In this document: positions 25,031 to 40,571 of the stretch, piece after piece
Numbering within the stretch: the first letter of the stretch is position 1
How the letters are laid out: every line of letters starts with the position of its first letter
NCBI RefSeq assembly: GCF_000497125.1
Contig: NC_090603.1
Span: 248,001 to 312,000, forward strand
Direction: 5' to 3'
Origin: Spironucleus salmonicida
Lineage: Eukaryota
DNA length: 64,000 bases
Notes under the pieces: model-generated
What the model was told of the DNA's origin: nothing
What the model saw: the letters and a program-made list of their open reading frames with translations, nothing else
Database searches by the model: none
Position numbers and translations under genes: made by a program

Positions 25031-26728
25031 ATGTTTTTATTATACTTTTTGGGTTTTGAAGAACCTGAAAACCTATAGTAATTAAATGTTAGAATAAAGA
25101 AACCAAAAAAGGATGTTGCATATTATGGTAGGCTGGTCATTCGTTAGGGTTTCCATTTCCTTAAAGTAATGGGGTGCGATACTTAGTCACTTCGAATCAT
25201 ACACTCATCTGACACGCATGGGTGGTTGTGGGGAGATCCCCATATACCTTAAATCAATGCGGGCTTCGCTGGAATTTTAGCCTTTATGCGACAGTAGAGA
25301 ATTTTAAATCCGGAAACATTTGTATTTGATTCTGGTGATTTCATCATGGGAAACGGTCTGTCTGATGCTGATACTGATGTCCCGATAGGGCAGTTTGTTT
25401 ATTAAATGTGGGATAAGGCACTAAAGGCTGATCACTATTACGATGCCATTACATTGGGAAATCATGACTTAATGTTAGAGGATTCTCTTAAATATTTACT
25501 ATTCAAGTCTGATGTTGCTACTAGTTCTACTACTACCAATGAATGGTATAAAAACGAAGACAAGAATCCAGGGGAGCGGTGGAGAATTATTAAAAATGGT
25601 AATTTAACCACTTTAGTTGCCGGGTTTATGTACAACTTTAACTCATAAGACCCACTTGTGGTTAAAGACTTCAAAGCAGTCTTCGATTAGGATTAAAAAT
25701 TCAAAACATTACTCTAAAACGAAAAACCAGATTTTATTACTATATTAATCCACGCAGGATATCATTAACATCCTGAAAATGCATATTTTATGTACTAAGG
25801 GATCCGATAATATACAGACTGTCCTGTTCTTGTGTTAGGTGGACATGAACATTAAACGGCATATGATTACAAGATAAGCACAGCTTTGATTAATGGGAGA
25901 TTGAAATGGTATCATAGAGAAGTGAATACAAAATGGGAGGGAATATTCACAGATACTTATGATAAAAATTTTGTATATGCAGAGACTAAGAATTATTTTA
26001 GGGCTTTATCATTAATAGACATTTAATTTGAAAGTTAAAAGTCCCCTAATGGGTCAAAAATAATTAAATCAGTCAAGTTCACAGAATAAATAACAAATTT
26101 AGACGAATTAGCAAAACTTTCTAACAAATAGACCAAGACGTTCTTGAACCCATTTGAGCAATAGTTAAATTCCACTATATAAGCTGAAGTTAAACGACTT
26201 GATCTTCTCACAGTAATAGGAAAGGCTCCAATGAACTATATCATGTTGAATCCTAATTATTTGACTGATTAATCTTCGATTTGGAACTTGTGGTTTACGT
26301 AAATGGTCCCAATGATACTTTATCCGAGCGGAAAATTAACTAATAAAACCGTACATTTTTTAGGAACCTCATTTTTCCCTAGTGATATTGTTAAGGGCGA
26401 TGTCTTAAAAAATGATTATTACTTAACAATACCTTATACTTAGGAATTTTTTGTTATTTACAGAGATGTTAAAGCTGCCGATTTGAAGCTTTGTTTTAGC
26501 CAGATGAATAAAAAAAGTGCGATAGAAGGATTCATGAAATATTTTGACCTTCCAGTAATTATTACTATTGAAGATTCAGAAATATTAGATGTAGTCTGTA
26601 CTGACTATGATGGCACAAGATTAAATGCTAAATTTAAAGAACATAGTATGGAATACACACATGAATCTTTTGGTAGTCTCTCACCATTCGATATTTACAA
26701 ATAATATGTGCTGCAATATTTTCAGTGA
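25031..26728 (+). CDS. Secreted calcineurin-like metallophosphoesterase / 5'-nucleotidase family protein
   Basis: Short hydrophobic N-terminus MFLLYFLG; motifs HSSDTHG, DSGDFIMGNG, LGNHD, IHAG and GGHEH. Ends CAG-TGA. Confidence 0.85.
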
Positions 26729-27010
26729 TTGCTTTCTTAAAATATAATTTATTTATCTATTTAACTCTAAAATTTTAATAATTTAATCTAGTCTTCCCAT
26801 AATAGGGCGCAGTATTAAATTAAATTATTAAAAATAATAATTATCAATGCATAAAATTGTGTTGCAGTTAAACAGTTTAATGAAAAATCATGCTTTAAGC
26901 CTTAGATATATGAGTACGCATAAATAATGAATTTAAACTTAAAAAATGTTATAAATAAATTTTCCTTATTAATAACTACAATATCACTTACTATCACTAT
27001 ATTACTAATA

Positions 27011-28573
27011 TCACCATTTCAAACTAGCAATATTACAGAAACTAAAACCAGCTTGTATTTCAATATAACTATTTTGAAGAGTATTTGAGGTTACTTCAGA
27101 TGTTTAACCACTTTCTATCTGATCACGTACTTTGGAATCGTCAACCTCAATGGTAACGTTCTGATAACGACTAAGATAGTAAGTTAATCTCTCTATTGAG
27201 ATTCGTTTCGCTGGATCTTCAACTAAACATTACTCTATTATAGGACAGTTTTAAATATACTCTCGTAGCATTATTCCAACTGACCATACATCAATAGGAA
27301 ATGAGACTTTCGCTCCATTTAACACTTCTGGAGCAATATAGCCAATTGTACCCGCAAACCTTGAAGAAACTTATCCTTCAATTACAAGTTCATTGCTTCC
27401 AAAATCACCTAACTATGCATGAAAATCTGAATGAATAAATACATTATCTGGCTTCACATCTCTATGCACGACACCCTTTAGTTTGAGATTATATAATGCT
27501 TTAGTTACATTGTAAAAGATTTTTAATATTTATTGTTGGTTTAACTACGGCTAAAAGAGTCGCAAAAATTTTCTCAAGTCTCCATAGTAAGCATGATCTT
27601 ACATAAGTATGATATATGTAAATCCACAAATTATTACTTTTTAGACATTTTCAATTTTCACAACATAATTTGATGCTCCAAATGAAAAGAGGCACATAAC
27701 TTCCGAGTAAGCGATATTCATTTACTTTTAGTTTTCAACCCTGATACCCTTAATTACAAAGTTTTAACCACCCTCGTTAGTGACTCTATAAATGGTTCCA
27801 TAAGAACCTTGACCAATTAGAACATAATTACTAAGTCTTCTTCGCTTGAAATACTCGCCAATAGAGTTACTTATCGAATTTGGAAGAGATTTAAAGTACT
27901 TAAGCATTGGATTCATTTTTTATTAATTAATGCTAAAAAATTCTAAATACCCTATGCGCTCTTCAGGGTTAGTCTTAAATGCCATAGCTAAGGTTTCCAC
28001 TATCAAGCGACTCTATATATTTAAAGATTACAAGAACTCTACTTATGTCATATTTTTGGACTTTTCTTCTAAGTGTAAATAATCTTCGGCAACCATTTTA
28101 CAAAAAATACGGGCCAGAGTCCAAAAGTCAGCCTTTTCAGTAACTTAGCCAAGCCTCAATTCTGGTGGGTCCCATATTCCATAGTTCCTGTCATCAGATA
28201 GCACTTTTAAAATCCTAAAAATATTTATTTTAACTTTAACTTTAAACTTTTTGTTTACTTTTTTAATGACAAAATCATTAATTCCGTAACCACCAAAACA
28301 TAATTTGTGTGTTGCAAATTGAAATGCTGCCTACGTACACTCTATAAAGATCTAAATAGCTTCTAATAGTACAAACATTTTATTTTTTTCTTTGTATTCG
28401 AGTAAAGTCTAGTTGAAAGGACTATGTGTGATTTAGATGCAATCTGCTTAAATTGTATAATGAAATTATACGACAGATGAAATAACTTACATTTTCTATA
28501 ATACAGATTCTAATTTCTAAATATCAACAGAAGCTGGGATTTTAGCTGTTAATACAAATTTACTTTTACTCAT
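27011..28573 (-). CDS. Protein kinase with N-terminal degenerate kinase lobe and C-terminal intact Ser/Thr kinase domain
   Basis: C-terminal GQGSYG, VIK, HRDVKPDN, DFG, GTIGYIAPE and DVWSVG. N-terminal DPPE...KADFWTL...NPEERI. Confidence 0.85.
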
Positions 28574-29608
28574 TTATTTTAATTGTATTGTTAATACATT
28601 TTAATCAAATATAATAAGAATTAAGAAAAACAATAAATGCTATTTTATATAAATTAAATAGCTTAATAAAAATTTTAAAACGAAACTAATATGCTAAGTA
28701 GTCTCTAATATAATTAATTTATTATTTTCTAAAGCACATTTAATTATATGATTTGGTAATACGTTATCAGGTCAAGTATTTAACAGGTTTATAGAACATG
28801 TATACTTTATATTTTGGCTATAATATTCGCATGCGTAAAAATTTAAAAACGGGTTTGTATAAGATATTAGTCTTATATATCAATACTTTTAATATATAAA
28901 AATAGATATCAGATTGTTTAGTTAAGCGTATTATTTGCTCAATTTTGCAAGCGACTTATTCGTACTCATTATTCCTATCCTTACATTAGCGACAATGGAT
29001 ATTATTAGTTTCAGACCAGAAACTGTAAGAAACTAAGATTTAATGATTATTATTATATATTATAGATTAATCTCATATTTATTTATCGCGGCAATCATGA
29101 AACAGATTGGAAGGCGTTTAGACTCGAAAAATCCACGATTCGTACTCAATAACTTGCAAAGAAACAAACTAAACCAAAATTAAACATATGTTTGTACCAC
29201 CTAGAGAATAACGTTTCTTCTACTTTCTCCGTGGAGCAGCAGGCTTCCACCGTCAATTTCTGGCACGAAAAAGCTCATTTTCAGGTATATTTACATATAA
29301 ATTAGGAGAAGCACAGCTATTACAGAAATAATCAGCGTTTCTGACATTTAGACCCGCGGTGCAATTTCTAGTAGATCCAGCCTATCGCTTCTACTTACAC
29401 TTTTTAGCATGTTTGTTTCCATGAAAAGCTCCACAATACCCTTATTGGAATTCGGCAACTAAGTCATTCTCATTTCATTTGATTTCCATTAATCTTTCTA
29501 TTCCCCACTCCACTCATTTTCACTCCTCTTCCCTCCCTTCCATCCAAATTTTCAAAATACTATAATTATTATATATTATATAACATGTTACCACTCCACT
29601 TTTTCAAA

Positions 29609-31519
29609 ATGGACCCTTTCCAGGCGAACGATCCGATCCAGCAAGTAGCAGCCCAGCCGGCCAACCATCATGCCTCCTGGACAACAGAGACCTTTGTGGA
29701 CCGATTCAGCGCCTTCCTGACCAACTTTCGCGACCCCGACCTCGGTTACATTTACCAAATTCCACCCTACAATATCTCTCTAGAATACGTATAATAATAC
29801 GATTACGAACTTTATGACGCGATTTCGCTCCACCCTTTCCGCTCCTTTTCCGCTGCTAATCAAATTGGCCCGGCAACTTTCCACTTCACGTCCGTCCACT
29901 CCGCATTTTCCCCTCAAAATCTATCAAATCTCAACGTCAATAAACTCATTTCCGTGCGCGGAATTGCAGTTTCCACTTCCACAATTCAGAGCAAAATCGC
30001 GACGGCGACCGGAATTTGCAGAAGTTGTGGAGCGGCAATTAAAGTGGAAATTCAAAATCAAATTGAATTTCCCGTAAGTTGCAAACCGGAATGTGGCAAA
30101 AATCCCTACATTTTGAACAGCCAATTGAGCGTCTACAAAGACGTCCAAAACCTCAAAATCGCAGCGGTTTCGAGCCTCGAAAAGACGCTTTCCTGCACGC
30201 TCGAAAACGCGATTTGCGACGAGCAAATTCTCGCCGGAAACGAGCTGATCCTGACCGGAATTTTGACCCCAAAATCGAACTTTTACGCCCTAAACTGCCT
30301 GGGCGTCACGAATTTCAACTTTTTGCACCACTCCGAAAATTTTACAGTTTCTGAAATTAATATATTTAAAAAGATATAATAACCAATATAATATATCGCT
30401 CCACATATTTCAGGTCACGAAAACATCAAACTCGCGATCTGCCTAATGCTGGTCCAGGGGACCACGAAATTCACCCCAGACGGCTCTCGCATGCGCGGCC
30501 AGATCCACGTTCTGCTGCTATCAGATCCGGGCGTCGGCAAGTCAGAATTGCTCAAAACGGCCTCAAAATTGAGCAAAATTTCAGTCCTGACGTCCGGACG
30601 CGGAACGACATCCGCAGGGCTCACGGCGGCCGTTATTCGCGACTCTTTAACAGGCGAATACAACCTCGAGGGCGGCGCGCTCGTCGTCGCGAATAACGGC
30701 ATTTTGTGCCTCGACGAGTTCGACAAAGCGCGCGCAGAGGACGTCGTGGCGCTCCACGAGGCCATGGAACAGGGCACAATAAGCGTTTCCAAGGCCGGCG
30801 TGCAGACGATTTTGAGCACGAAAGTGAGCGTTTTCGCGGCCGCAAATCCCGTTTTCGGGCGCTACGATGAGCTCAAAAGCATAAGCGAGCAGATTGACCT
30901 CCCGGAGACGATTGCGAGCCGATTTGACCTTATTTTCCTTATGAAAGACCTTCCAGACGAAAAATTGGACTATGAGGTCGCTGGGATGATTTACGAGAAG
31001 AAATAGAGCGGAAAAGTCGAATTCGACGAGCAAATTTTGATGAGATTTTTTTAGTATTGTTAGAGTATATAAGTGATAATGTCAAAAGAAGCGGAGGTGT
31101 ACTTGACCGATTTTTACGTGAATTTGAGGAAGCAGAATAACGTTTTACCGGTTACGGTGCGGTAGCTAGAGGGCCTGATTCGGCTCAGCGAGGCGATTAC
31201 GAAGCTCGATCTGCGCACGTACGTGACCGTTTCGGACGCCGAAAAAGCGGTCGAATTGTACGTTTTCTCGTGCCAGAACATCCAGCAGAGCGAGCTGGGA
31301 AAGGAAATCAGCAAAAGCAGCGCCGGGGCCGTCAACTTCGCAATGGGAATTCTGCGCAGCAAAATGGCCCTCAAAATGGTCGTAAACGAGAAGGAGCTCG
31401 TTCGTGAATGCGCAATGATCGGCGGTTAGGAGGGCGCGTTAGTTTATGCGCTTGGGATGATGGTGCAGAACGGTGAGATCGAACGCGTGCGCGGGCGGCA
31501 GGTTATGCGGGTTAAGTGA
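29609..31519 (+). CDS. MCM5: DNA replication licensing factor MCM5
   Basis: Zn finger CRSC...CKPEC, RGQIHVLLLSDPGVGKS, CLDEFDK, ALHEAMEQ, SRFD and PVTVRQLEGLIRLSE. Ends AAG-TGA. Confidence 0.88.
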
Positions 31520-31700
31520 GGAGAGATTTTGGGTATTATTGTGATTATTATATAATAGTTGGATTACAGTAGAAAGTAATAAATAATAATTGAAATTAAG
31601 AATGCATATTATGGATATTATATAATATAAAATAGCTAATTGTTTTGAATGGGGTTTCTGAGGAAATATACTATATTCACGTAGATGGACACACAGTCAC

Positions 31701-32522
31701 TCAACACTGATACTGCTGTATCCGTATGTTTCTTTCGACCAGTTTAGCGTGCTTTTATGCCTGTATGCGCTTCGTCAGAAACACTGACAGCACGGTAAGC
31801 AAAATTAGCAAAATCAGGGCTGCCACTGCGCCCACAATGGCGAATATTGCGGTGCTTGATAGCAGAGAAGAGGGAGTTTCTGGGTTTTCTTGGTCCGCAA
31901 TGCATACCCCGGCTATCATCACCAAGCCATCCTTGCACGCCCCACACTAGCTGAAAGGCGCGTAACCGGCCGCCCCGCATACACACTTATTTGCCACGCA
32001 GCGCCCCTGACCGTTGCACTCGGTGGTGCCGCGGAAACAGTTCGCGCTGACGCACTTTCCACTCACTTTCACGTACCCAGCCAGGCACTCCATGCAGCCA
32101 GAGTTGACGTCCAAGTTCGCATCCGTGGCACACAGATAGCAGTACCCTGCCGAGTTCCGTTTCGCGCAGACGCACATTTTGCTGGCACAGACACCCTGTG
32201 GTGCGCACTGGAACGGAGCATTGCCGGTGATACACTCTTCGTTGCTGCACTGTCCGGTTTCTGTGACCGTTGCACCAAAAAGGCACGAAAAGCAGCCGTT
32301 TTGAGGGTCGTTCAGACGCCAGGTCCCGCATGTCGCACAGGAGAATGCGTCATTGGCCAGAATGCATTTCCCCTTACCCATGCATTACGTTTTCCCGACT
32401 TTGCAGCGGTCAGGGAGACATCCTGTGTCGGTTTCACGTGTACCCGGGGGGCACTACGTAGTTTTTGGTGTGGGAAGCGTATCGTCGGTTGATTTGGTAT
32501 TATTGGTGGACTGTGAGGGCAT
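31701..32522 (-). CDS. Cysteine-rich membrane protein (CXXC/CXC, EGF-like) with C-terminal TM helix and short tail
   Basis: Repeated CxxC and CxC motifs, TM AIFAIVGAVAALILLILLTVLSVFL and a basic tail KRIQAQKH. Confidence 0.8.
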
Positions 32523-33376
32523 TTGTAGAAGGAAGATGAATAAGGGTTTGATATTAGGATAGAAGTAAAAATACGGTTTTAAGTTTTTGTACTGTCCTAA
32601 ATTATGAAGATTAACATGAAAATCTGCGCATGATAAATTTTATTATAGTGAATAGTAATAAATATATGAAAAAATTAAAACATTTATTGTATATAAAATC
32701 TGAATTTAATAATAGTTTTAAGAATGAAAACTAAATGCGAGAGTGATGGAATGCAAATATTAAGTTGGTACTATGCTAAAAAACAACCAAAAATAGTTTA
32801 TAAAACTAATAAATAGTTTGATAGATTGATTTGACTGCTGGCTAGTTAAATAAATATATTAGTCTCTAGATTTTGGTTTGAGATAAAACGAACACAAAGA
32901 TTGATAAAATACTTGGAAATGATAGAATTTCAATGATTTACAATGAACTTTATCAGTTGACAGTTAAGCTTACTTTTAAATAAACTATACTGAAGTTTGA
33001 ATATAAATTAGAACGCGAATAATAGAAAATAATGATAGTTTTGACAAATAATCTCTTTTATATATAAGTAAAATAATTATTAGATAAACTTTTCACTGAG
33101 TATTTTATTTGGGATTTCCTAGTAAAATCCAGTAGACTATTATAAATGTTGATAAATAGTTATACGCAGTATCGTAATTTTATATTAAGTTTAATTAGTA
33201 GTGGTAACTTAATCGGGCTCTTAAAAATTATACAGTATTTTATGATAGACCCTTCGTTATTTATGATTAAGTTATGATCATATAATATACATAATGCTGA
33301 ATTATGTATAGTTTTAATACAATATCGTCCTATTTTCCTTATATAATATATAGGTTTTGAAAAGGTACCACTTTAA

Positions 33377-34039
33377 ATGGAAACAATAGATCTAACATTC
33401 CTCGATGCAGCATTTAAGGGTATAACTACTACACCGTATATACTTATTGTAGCTAATTCGCCATAAAAAACGGAATTTCTTGAACATTTATTAAAAGCCT
33501 CATCCTAAGTCTTAGCTGCTGATGGAGCAGGTGATATAGTTAGCTAATTTTCTACTAATTTTAGACTTATTGGAGATTTTGATTCTGTATCACAAAATAC
33601 TGCTGATATTTAAGGAGATACTTATAAAGATAATTCAGAATCAACTACTGATGTTGAGAAATGTATAACTCATGCAAAATAATTTTTCACTTGGTAAATA
33701 ATTGTTTATAATGCATTTGGAGGGAGAATGGATCACACACTTTATAATGTGTTTTTAGCTGGAAAGAATCCAGGTGTGATCTTCCTTAATGATCAGAATG
33801 TTACACTGAGTATTCACGGTAATACAATAATCAAACCAAATGTTTAGGCTACCCATTTTGGATATTTTCCATTTAAAGATTGTCATGTAAAAACTAAAGG
33901 TTTAGTATGGGATATTGATGAATAGGTTTCATGGGATGGTTTAGTATCAGCATGTAATTTGAAAGATAATTCTAAGGGCGAATATATAGAATTTGAAACG
34001 CTAGGCAATTTGTTCATTATCATGAGCTGGTAGATTTGA
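33377..34039 (+). CDS. TPK1: Thiamine pyrophosphokinase
   Basis: Motifs AADGAG, IGDFDSV, TDVEKC, GGRMDH and TKGLVWD in a code-6 frame. Confidence 0.92.
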
Positions 34040-35165
34040 GAATGAAAAGCATCAATGTTTCGTTATAAAATAATAATTATTATGAGACGGCCAAAAAATT
34101 ATCTAAAGTAGTTAATTTGCTTACTTTACATTAAATTTAGTAATGATCATTATAATTCTCTCACTTAGTTATATATTTTTAATTTATAATGCAACAAAAA
34201 TTCAATTTAAAATATGAACCTAGCAGAAATAAATAATAATAAAATCATTTTTATTTATGCGGACTTAATTATTATACTTTAATTTATATTTCTTAAATTC
34301 GTCATATAAATTTATAGTAAAGTAGATAACAATAAAAATTAAATATGCCTTTTTTGGAAAAGTATTCTCCATTGAAAAAGATCTGAAGTAGAATATTATG
34401 CTAGATCAATTTGAAAGTAGGTTTGTGTAAATCTTATAATTTACAATTATTATAAATTAATAGAAATATATATTTCTATAGCAATACTTCAAAAATTCTG
34501 ATAATTAATATTTTAACTTCAGAAAGAGCGTTACTATTTTTATTTAAATTATCTATTTATAAAATCATCTATATTTATCTGGTATAATATGTTAAACGAA
34601 TTTTTATAAATTTATTGACAATAGACATATTTCAGTAAGTTTATAAACGTATTTTGAAGATAATAGATTAGTTTGTTGCTCTTCAAGGATAACAGCAAAT
34701 AATATCTACATATATTATAAAATATAGATAAATAACTATATTCTCTATTAATATAACTTATAAGCATTGAATTTTAGCTTTTTAAGTTGAAAATATGAAA
34801 GCATTTTATTCATTAAGTTTATAAGGATATTCACGACAACAATGATAACTATAATAGTATCAGACCAATTTGATGTTTATCTTAAATACATTAATAAATA
34901 GCATTTTTATAGATACCATTTACTTTATATTAAGTATAATAAATATAATAGATATTTTAATAATTTATCAATTTTGTATATATTTTATGATAATAAGTGT
35001 TACATAATATATAGTTTTAGATTTGATAGTTTTTATAAAGTTTTAAATGTCATATAATATATTATCCAATCTTGTTTTTAATTAATATTCTGATTTGTGA
35101 TTTCATAATTATCTTTATTTATATATAGTATATATTTATCTATACTAAATTTACATTCCGCAATA

Positions 35166-35678
35166 ATGTCAAATAAGATATTGATTATTTCGGATGATAA
35201 CAGCAAGGCTGAACAATACATATCAACATTTACATCTACTCAGCTCTCATTTTCAACCACATTTACTTAAGAAGAAATATCTGGTGCAATTATAGTTTCT
35301 AGCGGCTCCCCATCTACTCTTAACTGCCTTTCATCTAGATACACCCAACTCATCAATAATGTTCGTAGATTCCCTATTGCTATAGTATCAATGAATAATG
35401 ACAAAGCTCTTTCAGATAAGTCGTATGCTTATGTTGAAGTTTCTGAGATTATTCTTCCTGTCTCTGCTATAGTATCTGGAATCCATGCAAGACCATGCTA
35501 ATAAGGATAAAGAGCTATTAAAGCTTTTAAAGATGGTTCATTCATATAATTTTTAGAATCTTATATTCAGAAAGGTTTTATGACTGTTGAACCTGAAAAA
35601 GTTTCTAACGCAGCAAGAATCGTCATTAAGCCTGTTTTTAAGAAGCATGGCAAATGGGGATGGCTTCCAAGAGAATGA
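35166..35678 (+). CDS. Hypothetical protein (170 aa)
   Basis: Open code-6 frame MSNKILIISDD...GWLPRE*, with coding-like composition in AT-rich surroundings. Confidence 0.7.
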
Positions 35679-36163
35679 AATATTTTCTTTAGTATATTAA
35701 TATTCTATGATTTGCAATCACAGTAATCTTAAATGATGCAACATAGTGCGATAGTCTGATAAATATAGTTTTATTACTTAAATCTTCAATTATGTAACCA
35801 GTATAAACCGATATGAAATATAACAAATAGTAATTATTAAATAAAGTTTTGATTTTTATAAAGTAAATAACTGTTAAACCCTTTATATTGAATAGATATT
35901 TCATTAATACTATGACCATTGGTTATTTTAATTTAATTGGTTTTAAAGAATTGTAAGTGATATCATCTTTATGATTTTCTATTATTACTTTTTAAATTAA
36001 GCGAGCTAATAATATATACATATAAATAATAATAATTAATTTGAGGATTTATCCATAGTTTTTTCACATTACCAACTCATTATCTCATAAAAATAAATAC
36101 TATTCTGTATTTAATAAGGTTAAATCTCTTTCCTATTTTACACTCCACTTCCGTTCTAATTTA

Positions 36164-37243
<1,080 letters not shown>

Positions 37244-37650
37244 AACATGTTAATATTTAACCTTCATTGTTGATTTATAAGCTTTTCTGTCGAAATCAGG
37301 TTATTCTAGTAAGAAAAATCATAAAACAAAAGCCAGTGTATCAGACAAAACAATTAATTTTCGCACCAATTCTGATCTAACAGTGTATTGATTAGTAAAT
37401 CATCGAAATAGCCTTCTTAATACCATGTCCTAGTAATTAAGACCCAACAACTTCATTACTCCACAACTATTTTCCCATAGTTACCACCAATATGCAGACA
37501 GAATTTACCTATACATAATCTCTCTGGTCCTATTTTCCCGCTCTAAAGATTTAATTATTATTCACTTAAAACAACATTTTTTCGTAAGCCAACTCCACAT
37601 TGCAAGTAACCCTAATAATCTAATTCATTAAAATGCGAATATTCCCAGAC

Positions 37651-37845
37651 TCACCATGTAGTGTTACAGATGGTAGCAAAGTCGTCAGTGCTCTCTCCGT
37701 CTCCGTCATTGACCCATGTTTTGTCAAGTTCTGCATCTAACCAGGTTATGCTAGCAGGCATGGAAATGCTGTTAACCAGCGAGCAGGGACTGGTTCTAAC
37801 GGTCTGCTTATGGGTTGGCAACAGCTTTCGTAGTATCTTCTTCAT
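37651..37845 (-). CDS. Small hypothetical protein (64 aa)
   Basis: ATG is preceded by CCTCCAC and GC is elevated, but the ORF is short and uncertain. Confidence 0.35.
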   Translation of the reverse strand: MKKILRKLLPTHKQTVRTSPCSLVNSISMPASITWLDAELDKTWVNDGDGESTDDFATICNTTW

Positions 37846-38073
37846 TTAGTGGAGGTGATATTCCAGTTTTCTATGGTAATATATATTATTTTTCTGGCAC
37901 AAAACTGCTCTAAAAATATGATATGATTGCAAATCTACCAGTATATATTTCACGCATTGGGCAATCTACAGTTTTCATATAATACTGTTTTATTACTATT
38001 ACATATTCAGAACAATTAAAATTCCGTAGTATCAAATATTTGCTATTAATTACATTCCACTGTCCACTCCAAA

Positions 38074-38874
38074 ATGTACAATTTCGTGCTTTCTTCCACC
38101 CCAGACGCAGACGTTTATTCTGACTCGTTTTCCGTATACCACATGAGCACTGGAGCGGTATTAGCGACCTCTGAGTCCCCGATTACAGCTCTTTGCGGAA
38201 CTTCGAAAAACTTCATATTTGGCACTCAGTCGAAGCAGCTAGTCCGCAACGGCGTCCCAGAGCCCATTTTCAAGCAATTGGCGGTCTTTAACCTCACGCC
38301 AGAGCTCCCTTTCTGCTTGCGAAACGGCGATATCGTCTTAAACTAAAATATTATATACAATCGCTCCGTTTCGGTGACAGCGTGCAACGGCACGTCCTTT
38401 GGGGACCGCGACGGCATCGTTTTTACGCTCGAAAACGGCAAAATAACGCACTTCAGAAACCACGAAAATGCTGTTATTTCGCTATAAAAAGATGTTGTTA
38501 TCACGACTCGTTCTGTGTTTTTGGGGGCCAAAAAGGTGTTTTCGGCCGCAAGAATCGACGGCGGCCTCGCTTTTAACGGCAAAATTTACGTTCTCGTGGG
38601 CGAAAAAATCGTTATTTTTAAGGAAGAAATTGAAATTGAAATTGATTTTCCGTGCCTTCCTCGAATCTCGAAAAGTGTGCCATAACTGCAAATTAAGAGC
38701 TTTTAAGGCGAAGTTTTAGTCTTCTCAAATGACGGAATTGTTTACGGGCTGGATGGGCAGGAGAGAATGAAATTAGCAGGAAAGGAGTGCACGGCAGAGT
38801 AGGCAAAAGCTGCGTGGGTGGTTACGGAGTTATATGCTAACGAATTGGGGGTATACGATGAGGGTGAGATTTGA
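38074..38874 (+). CDS. Divergent WD40/beta-propeller-like protein
   Basis: CCACTCC directly upstream. Beta-rich repeats ITALC..., VTACNGTSFGDRDG and HENAVISL. Confidence 0.6.
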
Positions 38875-39233
38875 AAATATTAGGGATTTTTGTTTATCAT
38901 TTTTGTGAAAATGTTAATATTATATGAATATAGAAGTATATTATTTTTTTAAAGTATATTAAGATTAGAAACTAAAACTTCTATTATGGGTTAATATAAA
39001 TAAGGAAGTATTTTAGGTGCTGGGAGTTTTTGAATTTAGGTAGTATATGTAGTTAAAAAATGTTTAGAATTATAGTAAAATTTTTAATTTGGGCGGTTAT
39101 ATTAAAATAAGGGAGTTTAATAGAAATTTCAGGCCAATGAGTTTTTAGCTATGTATACAAATCTTAAATTTTTATAGAAGTACAAAACAAAATAATAGGA
39201 CTATATGATTATGGATTTAGATTGACAGTAAGA

Positions 39234-40571
39234 ATGCTGATTTTACTTGGATTTATTCCTAAATCTCTTAACTGTTTGGAGGCATATAAATAATTTAACA
39301 AGCATTATAATAAGCTATTTGATAAATAAAAATAGGATATCTTTTGCGAAAATTATCTTGGGTTTTAAAGTATTAGAAGTGAGTGTCCAAGATGCATTAT
39401 TACTGATATCTATGATCTAGATTTTAATACATTGCGTGGATTAACTCCATTATAATATGAGGTTTAATCTAAAACAACAACCTGTCAATAAACTTATTGC
39501 TATGCCCCAGATCCACTTCCACGTTTATCCGAAATTCCCAAGTCTATAGATCTGCGCGAGCTAGGATTAGTTACATTATCAAAAAACTAACTTTAATGTG
39601 GTTCATGTTGGGCATTTGGCACTATTGCCTTATTAGAAAATGCTGTATTAAGAGATTAAAAGAAAATCAATTAGTAAGAGTTTAAAAAGAATGCGGGTAC
39701 ACTAGATCTATCAGAGTAGTTTACTCTTTCTAATACTTTTGGCTTTAGTAATTACTGTGAAGGCGGTGACACTGTTACTGCCTTAAATTATTAAGTAGAC
39801 AATAAAAATATATGGCCAACCATAGAGACAACTTAAAATTTTCCATATGACTAGGTGAAATACAAAGAGAAGCATTCTAAAAATGAAAGTTTTGACCCAA
39901 AGTTAGAAAAATCTCAATACTTATTACCATATAAACTTTACCAGAGAACTAATATGTAAAATTTAGTAGGAACGCCCTAAACTCCAGTTATAAATCTAAT
40001 GAATGTGAACTAAGAGGTCGAAATAGAAAAGGTTTAAATGTATTTAGCTAGAGGAATTGCTGTAATAGGCTCGATATTCATAGACCCGAAAAGTAAAATG
40101 TCTTAAATTTTAGCTAGTTATACAGGAAAATATGTGATACAAGGCTATTCGTGTAATGGTACTGGTAATCACTAAATTTTAATTGTTGGGTATGGTAAAT
40201 TTAAAGGTGTGGATGTTTGGATAGTAAAAAACTCATGGGGAGCATAATGGGGAAATCAAGGGCATATGTATATTGAACGTGGTAACAATTAACTTTGCAT
40301 CGAAAAATATGCATACGCGATTATTCCTAAGTATTATGATGAAAATGAAGGTGTATTTACCAGTAGTTATATGACTCCTTATACGCTAAAGCGAGGTTCC
40401 TCTGGATTAGACGATGAAAATCAAAAGTCATGGCAATACTATGCACAGGCTGGAACAATTTCTATTCTAGTAATAGGAAGTATAATTGGTATCATAGTAT
40501 CAATTATTATAATTAAACAAAAAATGAAAGCTAGAAAAAGTTTATATTCTGTGTAATAATTTATTAACTGA
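39234..40571 (+). CDS. Papain-family (C1A) cysteine protease with C-terminal TM anchor
   Basis: Signal-like MLILLGFIP; IPKSIDLR, QCGSCWAF, LSEQ, CEGG, NHQILIVGYG and WIVKNSWG; TM ISILVIGSIIGIIVSIIII. Confidence 0.93.

Noticed and set aside
29070..29480. Open frames on both strands upstream of MCM5
   Set aside because: No recognisable motif, and open frames of this length can arise by chance with a single stop codon.
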